Of a stretch of DNA of 64,000 nt, positions 46,874 to 56,818 are shown one piece after another (the stretch's first letter is position 1; every line of letters begins with the position of its first letter). The notes beneath the pieces were generated by a model. The model saw nothing but the letters and a program-made list of their open reading frames with translations, ran no database searches and had not been told where the DNA came from. The position numbers and the translations under genes are program-made. Origin of the DNA: Sedimentisphaerales bacterium (GTDB taxonomy: Bacteria; Planctomycetota; Phycisphaerae; Sedimentisphaerales; Anaerobacaceae); NCBI GenBank assembly GCA_040772485.1, contig JAXGYC010000010.1, positions 192,001 to 256,000 of the forward strand. The letters are read 5' to 3'.

Positions 46874-49840
46874 TCACCGATTGTCCAGGTGGTCGTGCTC
46901 GTCCCGTCCGGTCTTCCGGCGTTTGGCGGCGAGCAGCCGATCGATGTGCGACGCTTCTTCGCCCGTCGCGGCTTTCTCCGGTCGCTTGTCTTGCTCTTTC
47001 GGCGTCTCGATCTCGTCTCTCTCGCTGTCGGTATCGCCAGCGACGAGCGACGAGGGACGAGCGACGCGATCGGCTCCGTCGTACCGCGTCGAGACAACCG
47101 TCCCGGCCGTTCGCGCCGCCCACTGTGCCTGAAGCTTCTGCCGTGTCGCCTGGAGCCGGGAGATCGTCTGGTCCTGCTCGCGCCGGCTGAGCCTCAGGAA
47201 CCAGGTCTGCACATGTCGCAGGCCCGCACGCACGTCGATCACGACCCGCCGCACCGCCACATCCAACAGAAACAGGCCCAGCCAGATCAGCATCAGAGGA
47301 CGCAATAGCGGCAGATTCGTCTCCGGGAAACTCAGTCCAGCGTAGTCGTACAGATTCGCGGCGTTCGGATCAGCCGGCAGGATGCGGCCTCCCGCGATGC
47401 GGCTGACCTCCTCCAGGAGCGGCAGATTGTCGCACAGGTCGCGAAACTCCGGGGCAAATGGGACCGTCACAATCGTGTTGGCCAGACGCACGCCTTCGTC
47501 GCCGACCCGGCGGTACTGCAAGTTGACGATATAGCTGCCCGCCTCAGGCGCCTTGAATCGTCCGGTGTACTGGCCCGGCCCGCTCTGGCTCAATGCAAGC
47601 GACTCGCTTCCCATCTGCGGCGTCAGGACCTGACCCTGGATGCCTGCGAATTGCAGAAACTTGCCCTCCTCGTCGAAGGCTTCGATCTGGACGGAGACAT
47701 CCTGGCCCTGCACATCCGCGAAGATCTCGCAGTCGGCCGACTGCGCGGGCCGCCCCGCCCAGCGGACCACCTGCTCCCAGAACCGCGGGAACTCGGGCCA
47801 CTGCACCCATTGCCCCGCCCAGCGGCTATCGGCCGAGCTGGTGAACGCGGCGCAGCGTCCCAGGCCCGACTGGCACGTCGCCAGGATCGGATCCGCCTCA
47901 TGGCTGGTCAGCACGAGCTGGTTGAGTCCGCCCTTGGGACCGGTCAGCACATAGCCGTCGAGCGCCGGAAGAGGCGGCGCCAGACCCTTGACCGTCTCAC
48001 TGAGCGAATAGACCACCTGCGGCGAGAAAGTCTGCTCGACGATCATCGACCGGCGGACCACCTGGGCTTCCTTGACGAAAATCTCGGGAATGCTCATCGG
48101 GTCGGTCACGCGGTAGAACCGGCCCTGCGTCCAATCCGCGATGTCGTACAGAAGCTGGGTGTTGGCCTGCTCGCCCACCGCTACAGTCGAGACGCTGATG
48201 CGGCTCTTAGCCATTTCCTGGCCCAACGCGACGCACAAGTCGCTGTCGCTGGTCATCCCATCGGTCAGCAGGACCACGTGCTTGACCGCCGCTTCAAGGT
48301 CCTTGAGCGCATCGAAGGCCGCCTGCATCGCCGGGCCCATGATCGTCCCGCCGCCGGCGCCGATCTGGCGAACCTGTTCGTAGATGTCGTCCTTCTCCCC
48401 AACCGGCCTCATCGGCACCAGCCAGTCGAAGCCCGCATCGAACGCAAGGACGCCGACGTAATCGAGCCGGCTGAGCAGCCTGACCGACGCGGCGGCCGAG
48501 ACCTTGCAGATCTCCACCTTCTCGCCCACCATCGATCCGCTGCGGTCGATCACCAGCACCAGCGCACCGCGAGGCATCTGCTTCTTCTGGGGCGGATCGA
48601 GGTCGACCGGCAGAATCTCCGCCACGGGCGAGTCGATCCATCCGCCGGCGCCGAACGACTCCGGCCCGCCCACCATGACCAGGCCGCCCCCGAGGTCGTT
48701 GACGTAGCGGCACAGCATCTCCTGCTGGGCCATCGTGAAATTGTGAATAGGCGTGTTGACCAGCACGACCGCATCGGCATCCAGAAGGCGCGTCAACTGG
48801 TCGGGCGCGACGGCGGCATCGGCGTGTGAGGCGTCGAGGCCCGCCTCCTGAAGAACCCGGGTGATATCCGCGCCGGCGTCCTCGCTGTCGAAGACCCGCA
48901 CGGAGCCGGGGCCGGCAACGTATGTCACCGCCGAAGCGTGGTTGTTCTCGACGATCCGGTCCTGCCGCGAATCATCGGGCATGAACACCGCTTCGAAGTG
49001 GTGCAGCCCGCGCATCCCAACGGGGACCGCCACCATCTTGACGTTGGTCCCCGCCTTCAGTTCGACCGGGACGGCCACCTCGGCGCTGCCCGGCATCAGA
49101 TCGAGCGGCCGATCGTTCAGGGTCAGCAAGAGACTGCCTCGGACCGAAGCGGTGCTGTCCAGCAGAAAACGCAGGTCGATCGTCTCCTCGCTGCGGGCGC
49201 GGGCGGGCGCCACCAGACGCTTGAACAGCACCTCGCTGTCGTAGCGGTACCGCAGGGGCAGGACGTCGATTGGAATCCTGTTGGCGCCCGCGGTTCCGGC
49301 GACGGCTTTCAGGTCGCCTTCGGTCTCATTGCCTTCGCTGATCAGCACGATGCGTGCGGCCGTGTCGGGCGGCGCGATGGCCATCGCCATCTCGATCCCG
49401 CTGGCCAGGCGGCTGTGCTGTCCTGTCAGCATGGTGTTGCGTCGGCCGAAGGCAATGTCCCCCGACGGCAGCCGGGAGATTTGCGCGCTCTCGGCCACGT
49501 CCACGACGGCAAACCGATCCTCCGCCCCTTTGGCCGCGACCGCCTTGGCCAGATAGTCCAGCGCCGCATCCGCCAGAGGCGTCGGGATCGACCGGCTGCG
49601 ATCGACGACCGCGATCACGGTCGCTCGGCGGCTCCTTCGCACGAGCATCGGTCGAGCCAGCAGCAACACGAGCAGGAGAATGACCGCAACGCGAAAGAGA
49701 ATGGCGAGGGTGCGGCGGGCCGGACCCAACGCCGCGAGGTTTCGATGGGCCAGCCAGACCAGCGGAACAATCGCCACGCTCGCCAGAAGCCACCAGGGCT
49801 GACCGAAATGGAAGCCGTACGTGTCACTCACAAGCACCAC
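46874..49840 (-). CDS. Membrane protein with two VWA domains and a GATase-like (DUF1355-type) domain
   Basis: MIDAS motifs DRSRS and DRSGS...LTDG; GGGLVMVGGPESFGAGGW; N- and C-terminal TM helices. Confidence 0.87.
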   Translation of the reverse strand: MVLVSDTYGFHFGQPWWLLASVAIVPLVWLAHRNLAALGPARRTLAILFRVAVILLLVLLLARPMLVRRSRRATVIAVVDRSRSIPTPLADAALDYLAKAVAAKGAEDRFAVVDVAESAQISRLPSGDIAFGRRNTMLTGQHSRLASGIEMAMAIAPPDTAARIVLISEGNETEGDLKAVAGTAGANRIPIDVLPLRYRYDSEVLFKRLVAPARARSEETIDLRFLLDSTASVRGSLLLTLNDRPLDLMPGSAEVAVPVELKAGTNVKMVAVPVGMRGLHHFEAVFMPDDSRQDRIVENNHASAVTYVAGPGSVRVFDSEDAGADITRVLQEAGLDASHADAAVAPDQLTRLLDADAVVLVNTPIHNFTMAQQEMLCRYVNDLGGGLVMVGGPESFGAGGWIDSPVAEILPVDLDPPQKKQMPRGALVLVIDRSGSMVGEKVEICKVSAAASVRLLSRLDYVGVLAFDAGFDWLVPMRPVGEKDDIYEQVRQIGAGGGTIMGPAMQAAFDALKDLEAAVKHVVLLTDGMTSDSDLCVALGQEMAKSRISVSTVAVGEQANTQLLYDIADWTQGRFYRVTDPMSIPEIFVKEAQVVRRSMIVEQTFSPQVVYSLSETVKGLAPPLPALDGYVLTGPKGGLNQLVLTSHEADPILATCQSGLGRCAAFTSSADSRWAGQWVQWPEFPRFWEQVVRWAGRPAQSADCEIFADVQGQDVSVQIEAFDEEGKFLQFAGIQGQVLTPQMGSESLALSQSGPGQYTGRFKAPEAGSYIVNLQYRRVGDEGVRLANTIVTVPFAPEFRDLCDNLPLLEEVSRIAGGRILPADPNAANLYDYAGLSFPETNLPLLRPLMLIWLGLFLLDVAVRRVVIDVRAGLRHVQTWFLRLSRREQDQTISRLQATRQKLQAQWAARTAGTVVSTRYDGADRVARPSSLVAGDTDSERDEIETPKEQDKRPEKAATGEEASHIDRLLAAKRRKTGRDEHDHLDNR

Positions 49841-49852
49841 ACTCGAACAATG

Positions 49853-51511
49853 TCACGGCACCGGACCGCTGCTCTCCAACTGGCTGAAGTATTCCTTCAC
49901 CGCTTCTTCATAGCGGCGCGGGATCTGATTCTCGCTGATCGCTTCGGCGGCGCTGGCCCGCCCGGCCTGCACCACTTCAGCGAAGCTGCGCCGCGCCTCG
50001 CCCTTGACCTGCGCGTCCTTGAAATACCAACTGGCGATGATCGGCCCATCGTCCGACTTGCCCACGGACCGCGTCGTCTTCGTGTCGCTTTCGATCTCCA
50101 TCGGCTGCGAGTATGGCCCTGGCGAGGTGCCGATACCCTCTCCCTGCCCCCCGCCGGAGCCGATTCTCCAGCCCTTTCCCATGCCGGAATACATGCCCTC
50201 GCCAAGACACCCCATGCAGCGGCCGATCTCGTCGAGGCTGGCCCGCAGCATGATCGCCTCCTGATGAAGTGATTCGATCGCGCTGAGCTGATCGATCGCG
50301 TCGGTCAGTTCGTCCGCCATCAGGCCGCCCGCGCCGCCGCCGGCCGCCCCGAAGCCCTGTCCCAGGGCGGCGCAACGTCCCTGCGCCGCCTGGCAGGCCG
50401 CGACCTTCTGCATGAGTTGCTCGATCATCTCGGGCTTGAGCCCCTGTTGACGCAACGCCTGCTCCAACTGCTCCCGCGTCATTTGGGCCATTTTCTTGTC
50501 GAGTCCGAGCTTCTCCAGTTCCTGCTCCAGCTCGCGCTTGTCCTGGGCCAGTTTCTGGAGTTCCTGGGCCAACTGCTGCAACTGGTCGGCCATCTCCTTA
50601 CGTTTCTCGGCGGGCAAAGTCCCCTCAGACAACTGCTTCTGCAACTGCCCGAGCATGTTAGCGGCCTGGGCGAAGTCGCCCTTGGCCATCGCCATGCGAA
50701 TCTGCTGTGAGAACGGATCGGCCGAGCCGCGCAGGCGTTTGAGCATCTGCTGCATGACCTCGGCCGCATCGACCTGGGCGCTGCTCTGCATCTGCTTGAT
50801 CTTCTCCGAGAGGTCACCCAGGGCCTTGATCGCCTGGCGCTTCATCTCCTCGGGCGTCCCCGCCTCGGCCAGCCCGTCGAGCTTACGCAGGTCTTCCGCC
50901 AGGTTCGGATCGCCCAGGCCCTTTACCGCCGCCTTGACGGCATCCGTGGTCTGGCGGACGTCGGTCTGGGTCTGGCGGACCTCCGCCGCCTGCTGCTGTT
51001 TCTGCTGCCGGTCTCGAAGGAATCCGAGCAGGTCCTTCTGCGGCAGGAACAGGACCAGCGCTGTCGCGACGATCCACACGCCGGCGCCGTAGAACCACCC
51101 GCGTGACACCCGAATGGGAAAATGCCCGCGAAGGTTCGCACCCTCGATGGTACGAAGGGACTCGGACCGGGCCGCGATCGCAAAGGGATCGTCAGACTTC
51201 GCCAGCGCCAGCGTCGTGCTGAACCGCTCGCTGAGCTTCAGTCGCTCATCCAGCAGCAGGGACGCCTGCATGCGGCTGGGCAACCTCAGCAACCACGGGA
51301 CGAGAACGAGTGTGACCGAGGCCGCCGCAAACACCCACAGGCTCTGGGGCGTTCGGACGGGCACCGCCAGCAGACGCTCGACGAGGATCGCCAGCGAGAC
51401 GATGATGCCCGCAACGACCAGTACGCGGCCCATCTGGCGCAAAAACAGATTCACGCCGCACCGGATGCGGACCGCCCGGACCTTCCTTCCAAATGACTTC
51501 GCCAAGGACAT
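49853..51511 (-). CDS. Membrane-anchored coiled-coil protein with a Gly-rich C-terminus
   Basis: Three TM helices, LDERLKLSERFSTTL, a long Q/E/K-rich coiled coil and terminal IPRRYEEAVKEYF. Confidence 0.8.
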   Translation of the reverse strand: MSLAKSFGRKVRAVRIRCGVNLFLRQMGRVLVVAGIIVSLAILVERLLAVPVRTPQSLWVFAAASVTLVLVPWLLRLPSRMQASLLLDERLKLSERFSTTLALAKSDDPFAIAARSESLRTIEGANLRGHFPIRVSRGWFYGAGVWIVATALVLFLPQKDLLGFLRDRQQKQQQAAEVRQTQTDVRQTTDAVKAAVKGLGDPNLAEDLRKLDGLAEAGTPEEMKRQAIKALGDLSEKIKQMQSSAQVDAAEVMQQMLKRLRGSADPFSQQIRMAMAKGDFAQAANMLGQLQKQLSEGTLPAEKRKEMADQLQQLAQELQKLAQDKRELEQELEKLGLDKKMAQMTREQLEQALRQQGLKPEMIEQLMQKVAACQAAQGRCAALGQGFGAAGGGAGGLMADELTDAIDQLSAIESLHQEAIMLRASLDEIGRCMGCLGEGMYSGMGKGWRIGSGGGQGEGIGTSPGPYSQPMEIESDTKTTRSVGKSDDGPIIASWYFKDAQVKGEARRSFAEVVQAGRASAAEAISENQIPRRYEEAVKEYFSQLESSGPVP

Positions 51512-51661
51512 CTGCACTGCTCCCGCAACGCCGCACCTGCACACTGGTGTTCAGGCACGCCGCCGACCTGCTGCTGTGTTCACGCACGCCTATTCAGTAG
51601 GACGTGCCGCATTCGCAAAGGTTACACGGTTTCAGGTGGATTTCCAGTCGCGGCCGCATTT

Positions 51662-53044
51662 CTACCGTTCGACTCCGAACGTGATGTCGTACGTCTGGCC
51701 CAAAGCTCTTTGGGACCGAGACGGAGGTTCCCAGCCTCCATCGTCCCGCCCATCCTCGCCCACGCTGTACACCACGAACCCCGACCGCAGCCGCTCGTAC
51801 CGCAGTTCTCTGCCTGTGAACGGATCGGCAGGGACATTCTCAAGAAGACCCGGAGCGCAGTCGGCGAGGGCCTCCGGCAAAGCGCCTTGGGCCAGGCGAT
51901 GCCGCTCGACCGCCAGAGCCGCCCGCACACATTCGATCCGAGCGGTCCGCGAGAGCCAGATTCTCAGAGCACCCGAGAACCCGCCTTCGGCCATGCACGC
52001 CAGGAGCATGGAACGGCGGAGCCGTGGCTCCCACTGCGCCTGGACCCGCGTCATCTCCGCCTGCCAGCGGGACATCGGCTTCCGCGTGACATCGATATAC
52101 GACTCTGCTACATCGATGAACAGGGTCCCATCACGCGATGGCAATCCCATCGCCCCGTAGACCGCCGCAATCGGCGCCCGAGGCAGCCTGTCCGGATACC
52201 GTTCCAGCCGCCGGAACCCAGGCAGCATCATGCAGCGATGGTATGCCAAGGCCTGCGCCATGGTCTCGGGTCGATCGCTTTCGCCGATCGCCTGCTGGAG
52301 CCGGTGCAATTGTTCATCGGTAAGACTGCACCGGCCCAGTCCCCACTCCAAGATCACTGCCACGTCATCGCACGCCTCGATATACGTGAGCATCGCACTC
52401 AGTGTCGACACCTGCCGCATGAATCGCGCCAATCGAAGGGCCGCAATCAGCGCATCGACCGCCGCCTCCGTCTGCCCGTCGTCGAACGACTGCAACGCCG
52501 ATAGACACAGCAAACCGCCGCTGCGATACGTCCTGTGCAAAGACCAATCGGCCGCGTCATCGAACGACCAGGGCACAGGATATCGGCAGGCATCGAGACG
52601 GACCGCTCGATGAACCCGCTCGATACCTTCGCGATTCTCATCGAGAAACCGCGTCACGATCTCCTTCACGTCCGGGGGCATCGGCTGGCCGCGCGCCGGC
52701 ATCTCGCCATCCCCCGCCAGCGGCAGCAGCTTGACCTCCTGGACCGCCAGCGAATCGCGATAGAGCTCGGCCGCCTCTCTGAGCAGGTCGGCCGCGTTCG
52801 CCTGCCCCGGCGCCAGCGGCGGATACATCGCTTCGAGCTGTTCGGCGCGGACAGGATAACCCGCCGCTTCCAGCGCCGCGACGCGCGCCTCGAACTGCCA
52901 CCGCCAGTACAACCGCCGCGAGAGAAGACCCAGGGCCAGCAGGACCAGCAGAATCAGCACCGCATACCACCAGCGAGAGTGTCGCCGGTGCCGCTTCGCG
53001 TCGTCGCATTCCAACGAGATCGCTTCTCCGCTCGTTTCCGACAT
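51662..53044 (-). CDS. Membrane-anchored helical protein with a pseudopilin-like C-terminal motif
   Basis: N-terminal TM; C-terminal LPEALADC.P...VPADPFTG..LRY...VYSVGEDGRDDGG. No prepilin cleavage site. Confidence 0.75.
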   Translation of the reverse strand: MSETSGEAISLECDDAKRHRRHSRWWYAVLILLVLLALGLLSRRLYWRWQFEARVAALEAAGYPVRAEQLEAMYPPLAPGQANAADLLREAAELYRDSLAVQEVKLLPLAGDGEMPARGQPMPPDVKEIVTRFLDENREGIERVHRAVRLDACRYPVPWSFDDAADWSLHRTYRSGGLLCLSALQSFDDGQTEAAVDALIAALRLARFMRQVSTLSAMLTYIEACDDVAVILEWGLGRCSLTDEQLHRLQQAIGESDRPETMAQALAYHRCMMLPGFRRLERYPDRLPRAPIAAVYGAMGLPSRDGTLFIDVAESYIDVTRKPMSRWQAEMTRVQAQWEPRLRRSMLLACMAEGGFSGALRIWLSRTARIECVRAALAVERHRLAQGALPEALADCAPGLLENVPADPFTGRELRYERLRSGFVVYSVGEDGRDDGGWEPPSRSQRALGQTYDITFGVER

Positions 53045-53068
53045 ATCCTGTCCTTTCTCTGGGCTGCG

Positions 53069-53098
53069 ATTCTACCGCCGTCTCGCTCATCCTGTCAA
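53069..53098 (-). promoter_or_regulatory. Sigma70-type promoter at the head of the minus-strand cluster
   Basis: TTGACA-18 nt-TAGAAT, followed by AAAGGA and ATG. Confidence 0.65.
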
Positions 53099-53349
53099 AC
53101 CCTGCTTGCCTGCCAGGCACATGCTCGGACGGAATACCCAGGTGCACGGACTCGCCAGACAGCTCGACGGCGTGCCGGCCGATACAGGACGCGCCATCTG
53201 CGGAGTGGCAGGCATGCCATAGGGCTGGTACCGGTTGTGCCGAAGATAAGATTGTGGTGACGCAGCTTGTGCGGTAGTCTATGGGGCATAAAACAGAGGC
53301 ATGACGGCCGTAGCACGTTCGAAATCCTTTTTGGGTGGAGGCACAGACC

Positions 53350-54690
53350 ATGAAATCGATGAGACGTCGCGACTTTCTCAAGAGCACGCTGGCCGCATCG
53401 GCTGTCGGTACGGCGCCGTTCAATATCCTCAAGGCGGGTCCCTCGCCCAACAGCAAGCTCAATATCGCCTGCATCGGGGTAGGCATGCAGGGCTCGGGCA
53501 ACGCCGAGTATCTGGCAGGCACCGACAACGTGATCGCCCTGTGCGACGTCGATGAGGACTGGTGCGGCAAACAGACTCGGAATCGCACCCGTCTGCACGG
53601 GATCAGACTCTGGACCGACTACCGCGTGATGTTCGACAAAATCGGCAAGGACATCGACGCCGTCCTGATCGCCACGCCGGAACACAATCACTACACGATC
53701 GCAACCTACTTCATCCGGCGGGGCAAGCACGTCTACTGCCAAAAGCCGTTGTGCCACACGGTCAACGAGGTCCGCATGCTGACGGAGGAAGCGAAGAAGT
53801 ATCCAAAGGTCGTCACGCAGATGGGCAACCAAGGCCATTCCGGCACCAGTTCAGCCCTGCTGCGGGACTGGGGCCAGGCCGGGTCGGTCGGCCCTATCCG
53901 AGAGGTCGTCTGCTATTCCACCAAGAACTACTGGATCGACAAACCGCCCGTAGAGGGCAGCGTCGTGCCGGACACCCTGGACTGGGACCTGTACCTGAAC
54001 CGGGCGGAGATGATCCCCTTCAGCACCAGCTACATGAACCGCGAGTGGATCCGGTATACGCACTTCAGCGGTGCGGTGGGCGACATGGCGGCACACATCT
54101 TCGATCCGGCCTACTACGCCCTGGACCTGCGCGTGCCGCTCAGCGTGCGGGCGGAGGTGAAGACCCCCGCCTATCCCGGATCGCTTCCGAGGTCCGGCGT
54201 CATCACGTATGAGTTCGGCCCGCGAGGGAACATGCCGCCGGTCACGATGAAGTACTACCTGGGCGACGACATCGAGTTTCCGCGTCCCAAGCATCTGGAG
54301 CCCGAGCGTCGCGGGATCGACAGCGGTTCAGTCATGGTTGGCGAACACGCTTCGATCATGGCGGGGAGCCACAGCCAGGGCGCGCGGATCATTCCCGAGA
54401 GTGTGATGAAAGAAACGCCCCGCCCGCCGGCGGTGGCGTTCCGCTGCAAGGGTCGGACACACTTCGACAACTGGACGCTGGCCTGCAAGGGCGAGGACAC
54501 GGCCATGTCGTCGTTCGACTACGCCGGACCGCTGTCGGAGATCATCGTCCTGGGCGACATCGCCCTGCTGCACCCCGGCCGGACGCTGCTCTGGGATGCG
54601 AAGAACATGAAGATCACCAACGATGAGGAGGCCGACAAGAGCCTCTTCATGCGGCGTCTCGCCCCCCGCGATCACCTGAACTGGTGCTGA
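53350..54690 (+). CDS. Tat-exported Gfo/Idh/MocA family oxidoreductase
   Basis: RRRDFLK Tat motif, IACIGVGMQG, IATPEHNH, HVYCQKPL and QMGNQG. Confidence 0.93.
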   Translation: MKSMRRRDFLKSTLAASAVGTAPFNILKAGPSPNSKLNIACIGVGMQGSGNAEYLAGTDNVIALCDVDEDWCGKQTRNRTRLHGIRLWTDYRVMFDKIGKDIDAVLIATPEHNHYTIATYFIRRGKHVYCQKPLCHTVNEVRMLTEEAKKYPKVVTQMGNQGHSGTSSALLRDWGQAGSVGPIREVVCYSTKNYWIDKPPVEGSVVPDTLDWDLYLNRAEMIPFSTSYMNREWIRYTHFSGAVGDMAAHIFDPAYYALDLRVPLSVRAEVKTPAYPGSLPRSGVITYEFGPRGNMPPVTMKYYLGDDIEFPRPKHLEPERRGIDSGSVMVGEHASIMAGSHSQGARIIPESVMKETPRPPAVAFRCKGRTHFDNWTLACKGEDTAMSSFDYAGPLSEIIVLGDIALLHPGRTLLWDAKNMKITNDEEADKSLFMRRLAPRDHLNWC

Positions 54691-54760
54691 CGGCAAAAAC
54701 CCATAGTGACCGCCCGTAACGTGATCTGACGGAGCGGTTGCCGCATTGAGGAGCACGACC

Positions 54761-55747
54761 ATGAAGAGCAACGAACGAGCGAACGAACGACGAACGATCT
54801 CCCGCCGGGAACTGCTGGGAGGGGCTGCAGCCGCGGCGGCCCTGGCCATGGCGCCGGGGGGCGCGATGCGCCGCGTCGGCGCCCAGCCGGCGGGCAAACC
54901 CAACTCCAATTTCAACGGGGTGCAGATCGGGACGATCACCTACAGCTTCCGCGACCTGCCCGGCACGGCGGAGGACATCCTCAAGTACGTCGTGCGGTGC
55001 GGGATCAGCTCGATCGAACTGATGGGCGAGCCGGTCGAACAATACGCCGGAGTCCCCGCTGCGATGCGCGGACGCCGGGAGATGACCGACGAGCAGCGCA
55101 AGGCCATGGAGCAGAGCCGCGAAGCGCAGCTCCAGTGGCGTCTGTCGGCTCCGATGGAGAAGTTCCGGGCGCTGCGCAAGATGTACAATGACGCAGGCGT
55201 CAACATTCACATTGTCAAGTTCGGCAATATCGGCGACGGCAACATGAGCGACGGCGAGATCGACTACTACTTCAACGTCGCCAAGGCGCTCGGCGCCCGG
55301 GGTATCACGCGCGAGCTGTCGGAAGACGCGGCCAAGCGGCTGGGCCCCATCGCCGACCGGCACAAGATCATGATCGGCTTCCACAATCATACGCAGATGA
55401 CGCCGACGACCTACGATGGACCGATTCTGTCCTACGGCAAGTACCTCGGGATCAACTTCGACATCGGCCACTACGTCGCGGGCACCAATCAGTCTCCGAT
55501 TCCGATCATCGAGAAGTTCCGCGATCGTATTCTCAGCCTGCACCTGAAGGACCGCAAGGTCAACAACGGCCCGAACATGCCGTTCGGCCAGGGCGACACA
55601 CCGGTGGCGCTGGTTCTCCAGTTGCTCAAGAGAGAAAAGTGGGACGTCCCGGCCGACATCGAGTTGGAATACCCCGTCCCCCAGGGTTCGGACTCCGTCG
55701 CCGAGACGACCAAGTGTGTTCAGTTCTGCAGGCAGGCGCTGGCCTGA
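54761..55747 (+). CDS. Tat-exported sugar phosphate isomerase/epimerase (AP-endonuclease 2 / xylose isomerase-like TIM barrel)
   Basis: SRRELL Tat motif, GFHNH, NFDIGH, HLKD and IELEY. Confidence 0.9.
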   Translation: MKSNERANERRTISRRELLGGAAAAAALAMAPGGAMRRVGAQPAGKPNSNFNGVQIGTITYSFRDLPGTAEDILKYVVRCGISSIELMGEPVEQYAGVPAAMRGRREMTDEQRKAMEQSREAQLQWRLSAPMEKFRALRKMYNDAGVNIHIVKFGNIGDGNMSDGEIDYYFNVAKALGARGITRELSEDAAKRLGPIADRHKIMIGFHNHTQMTPTTYDGPILSYGKYLGINFDIGHYVAGTNQSPIPIIEKFRDRILSLHLKDRKVNNGPNMPFGQGDTPVALVLQLLKREKWDVPADIELEYPVPQGSDSVAETTKCVQFCRQALA

Positions 55748-55878
55748 CCGATAGGGCAACCCAAGACCATTGAACGGGCCGTCTGTTCTGCCAGCCGCGA
55801 ACGGCCGGCCCGTCTTCTTTGCCCCGGAAGCCTCGGCGTTGTCCGTGCACGGCGGATAGGTGACGTATTGCCCACGAT

Positions 55879-56718
55879 TCAGATCGCCTTGGATGGGATC
55901 GAATCGGAGGGGTGCAGAACGATGCCATACCTCCGCCAGCGAGACGTGAACTCCTCGTGTGTCATCTCAATGCGTCCCTGCAAGGGGTCGCCGACCACAA
56001 CGACAGACTCCGCCACGTCCAGAACTGTCACGAAATGATCGATCAGAAAGGCGAACTTGACCACGGCGATCACCGGCACCCGGTCGCAGAGTTCTGAGAT
56101 GCTACAGAAATGGACTTGGCGGCACGGCACACCATACCGCTCCATAATCGCATCGCAGAGGACATCCGGCTGCGTCCCGGTGAAACGTGTGGTGTGAGCC
56201 AGGATAGCCAATTCCCCTTCTTCCGCTTCGATGCCGATGACGCGAAGCGCTGTCACCGCCGCCGCAGGTCCACAGGTGTATCCAGTGCCCTGAAGGCACA
56301 CCCCACCATAATCCACGGTGGTCCGGAGACTCGCAAGCTCATGGTAGTTCATGGCCGGAGCCAGAAAGGGCAGCACCGACAGATTCACCACACAGACGAC
56401 CATGAGGATCGAGAGCCATACCCGGTCGCGTCGCCGCGACAGACGGGACAGCGGCGTCGTCAGCAGCAGGGTACAGATGACCGCCAGCAACGCAAACTCC
56501 ACTCGCCCTGCCATGATCCATTCAAACGGGGGATGCTGTTCGAGTCTCGGCCACCACCGCGCCAAACTGATGGTGATCATCAGCAGCAATGGCGCTACAT
56601 AGCCGACTAACCACCAGGGCCGACGCCATCTCGAACAGTGAAGGCCCGACAGAACGCCGGTGCCTGCAAGGGCCACAACGCCCAGGGTCTCAAGAAATGC
56701 CGATACTACCGGTGACAT
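55879..56718 (-). CDS. Membrane protein with a C-terminal C39-like cysteine peptidase domain
   Basis: Four TM helices, then Q-GTGYT-CGPAA, DHFVTV and VGDPLQG (Cys-His-Asp). Confidence 0.8.
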   Translation of the reverse strand: MSPVVSAFLETLGVVALAGTGVLSGLHCSRWRRPWWLVGYVAPLLLMITISLARWWPRLEQHPPFEWIMAGRVEFALLAVICTLLLTTPLSRLSRRRDRVWLSILMVVCVVNLSVLPFLAPAMNYHELASLRTTVDYGGVCLQGTGYTCGPAAAVTALRVIGIEAEEGELAILAHTTRFTGTQPDVLCDAIMERYGVPCRQVHFCSISELCDRVPVIAVVKFAFLIDHFVTVLDVAESVVVVGDPLQGRIEMTHEEFTSRWRRYGIVLHPSDSIPSKAI

Positions 56719-56818
56719 GTCACTCCTCTCTCGAAGTCTCTCCAGACTATACACACCTGGCAAGGCGCGTGAGAACTCAATCGCTGCGAATCTCCCAGTA
56801 CCCCCAGCGATCCTGGCG

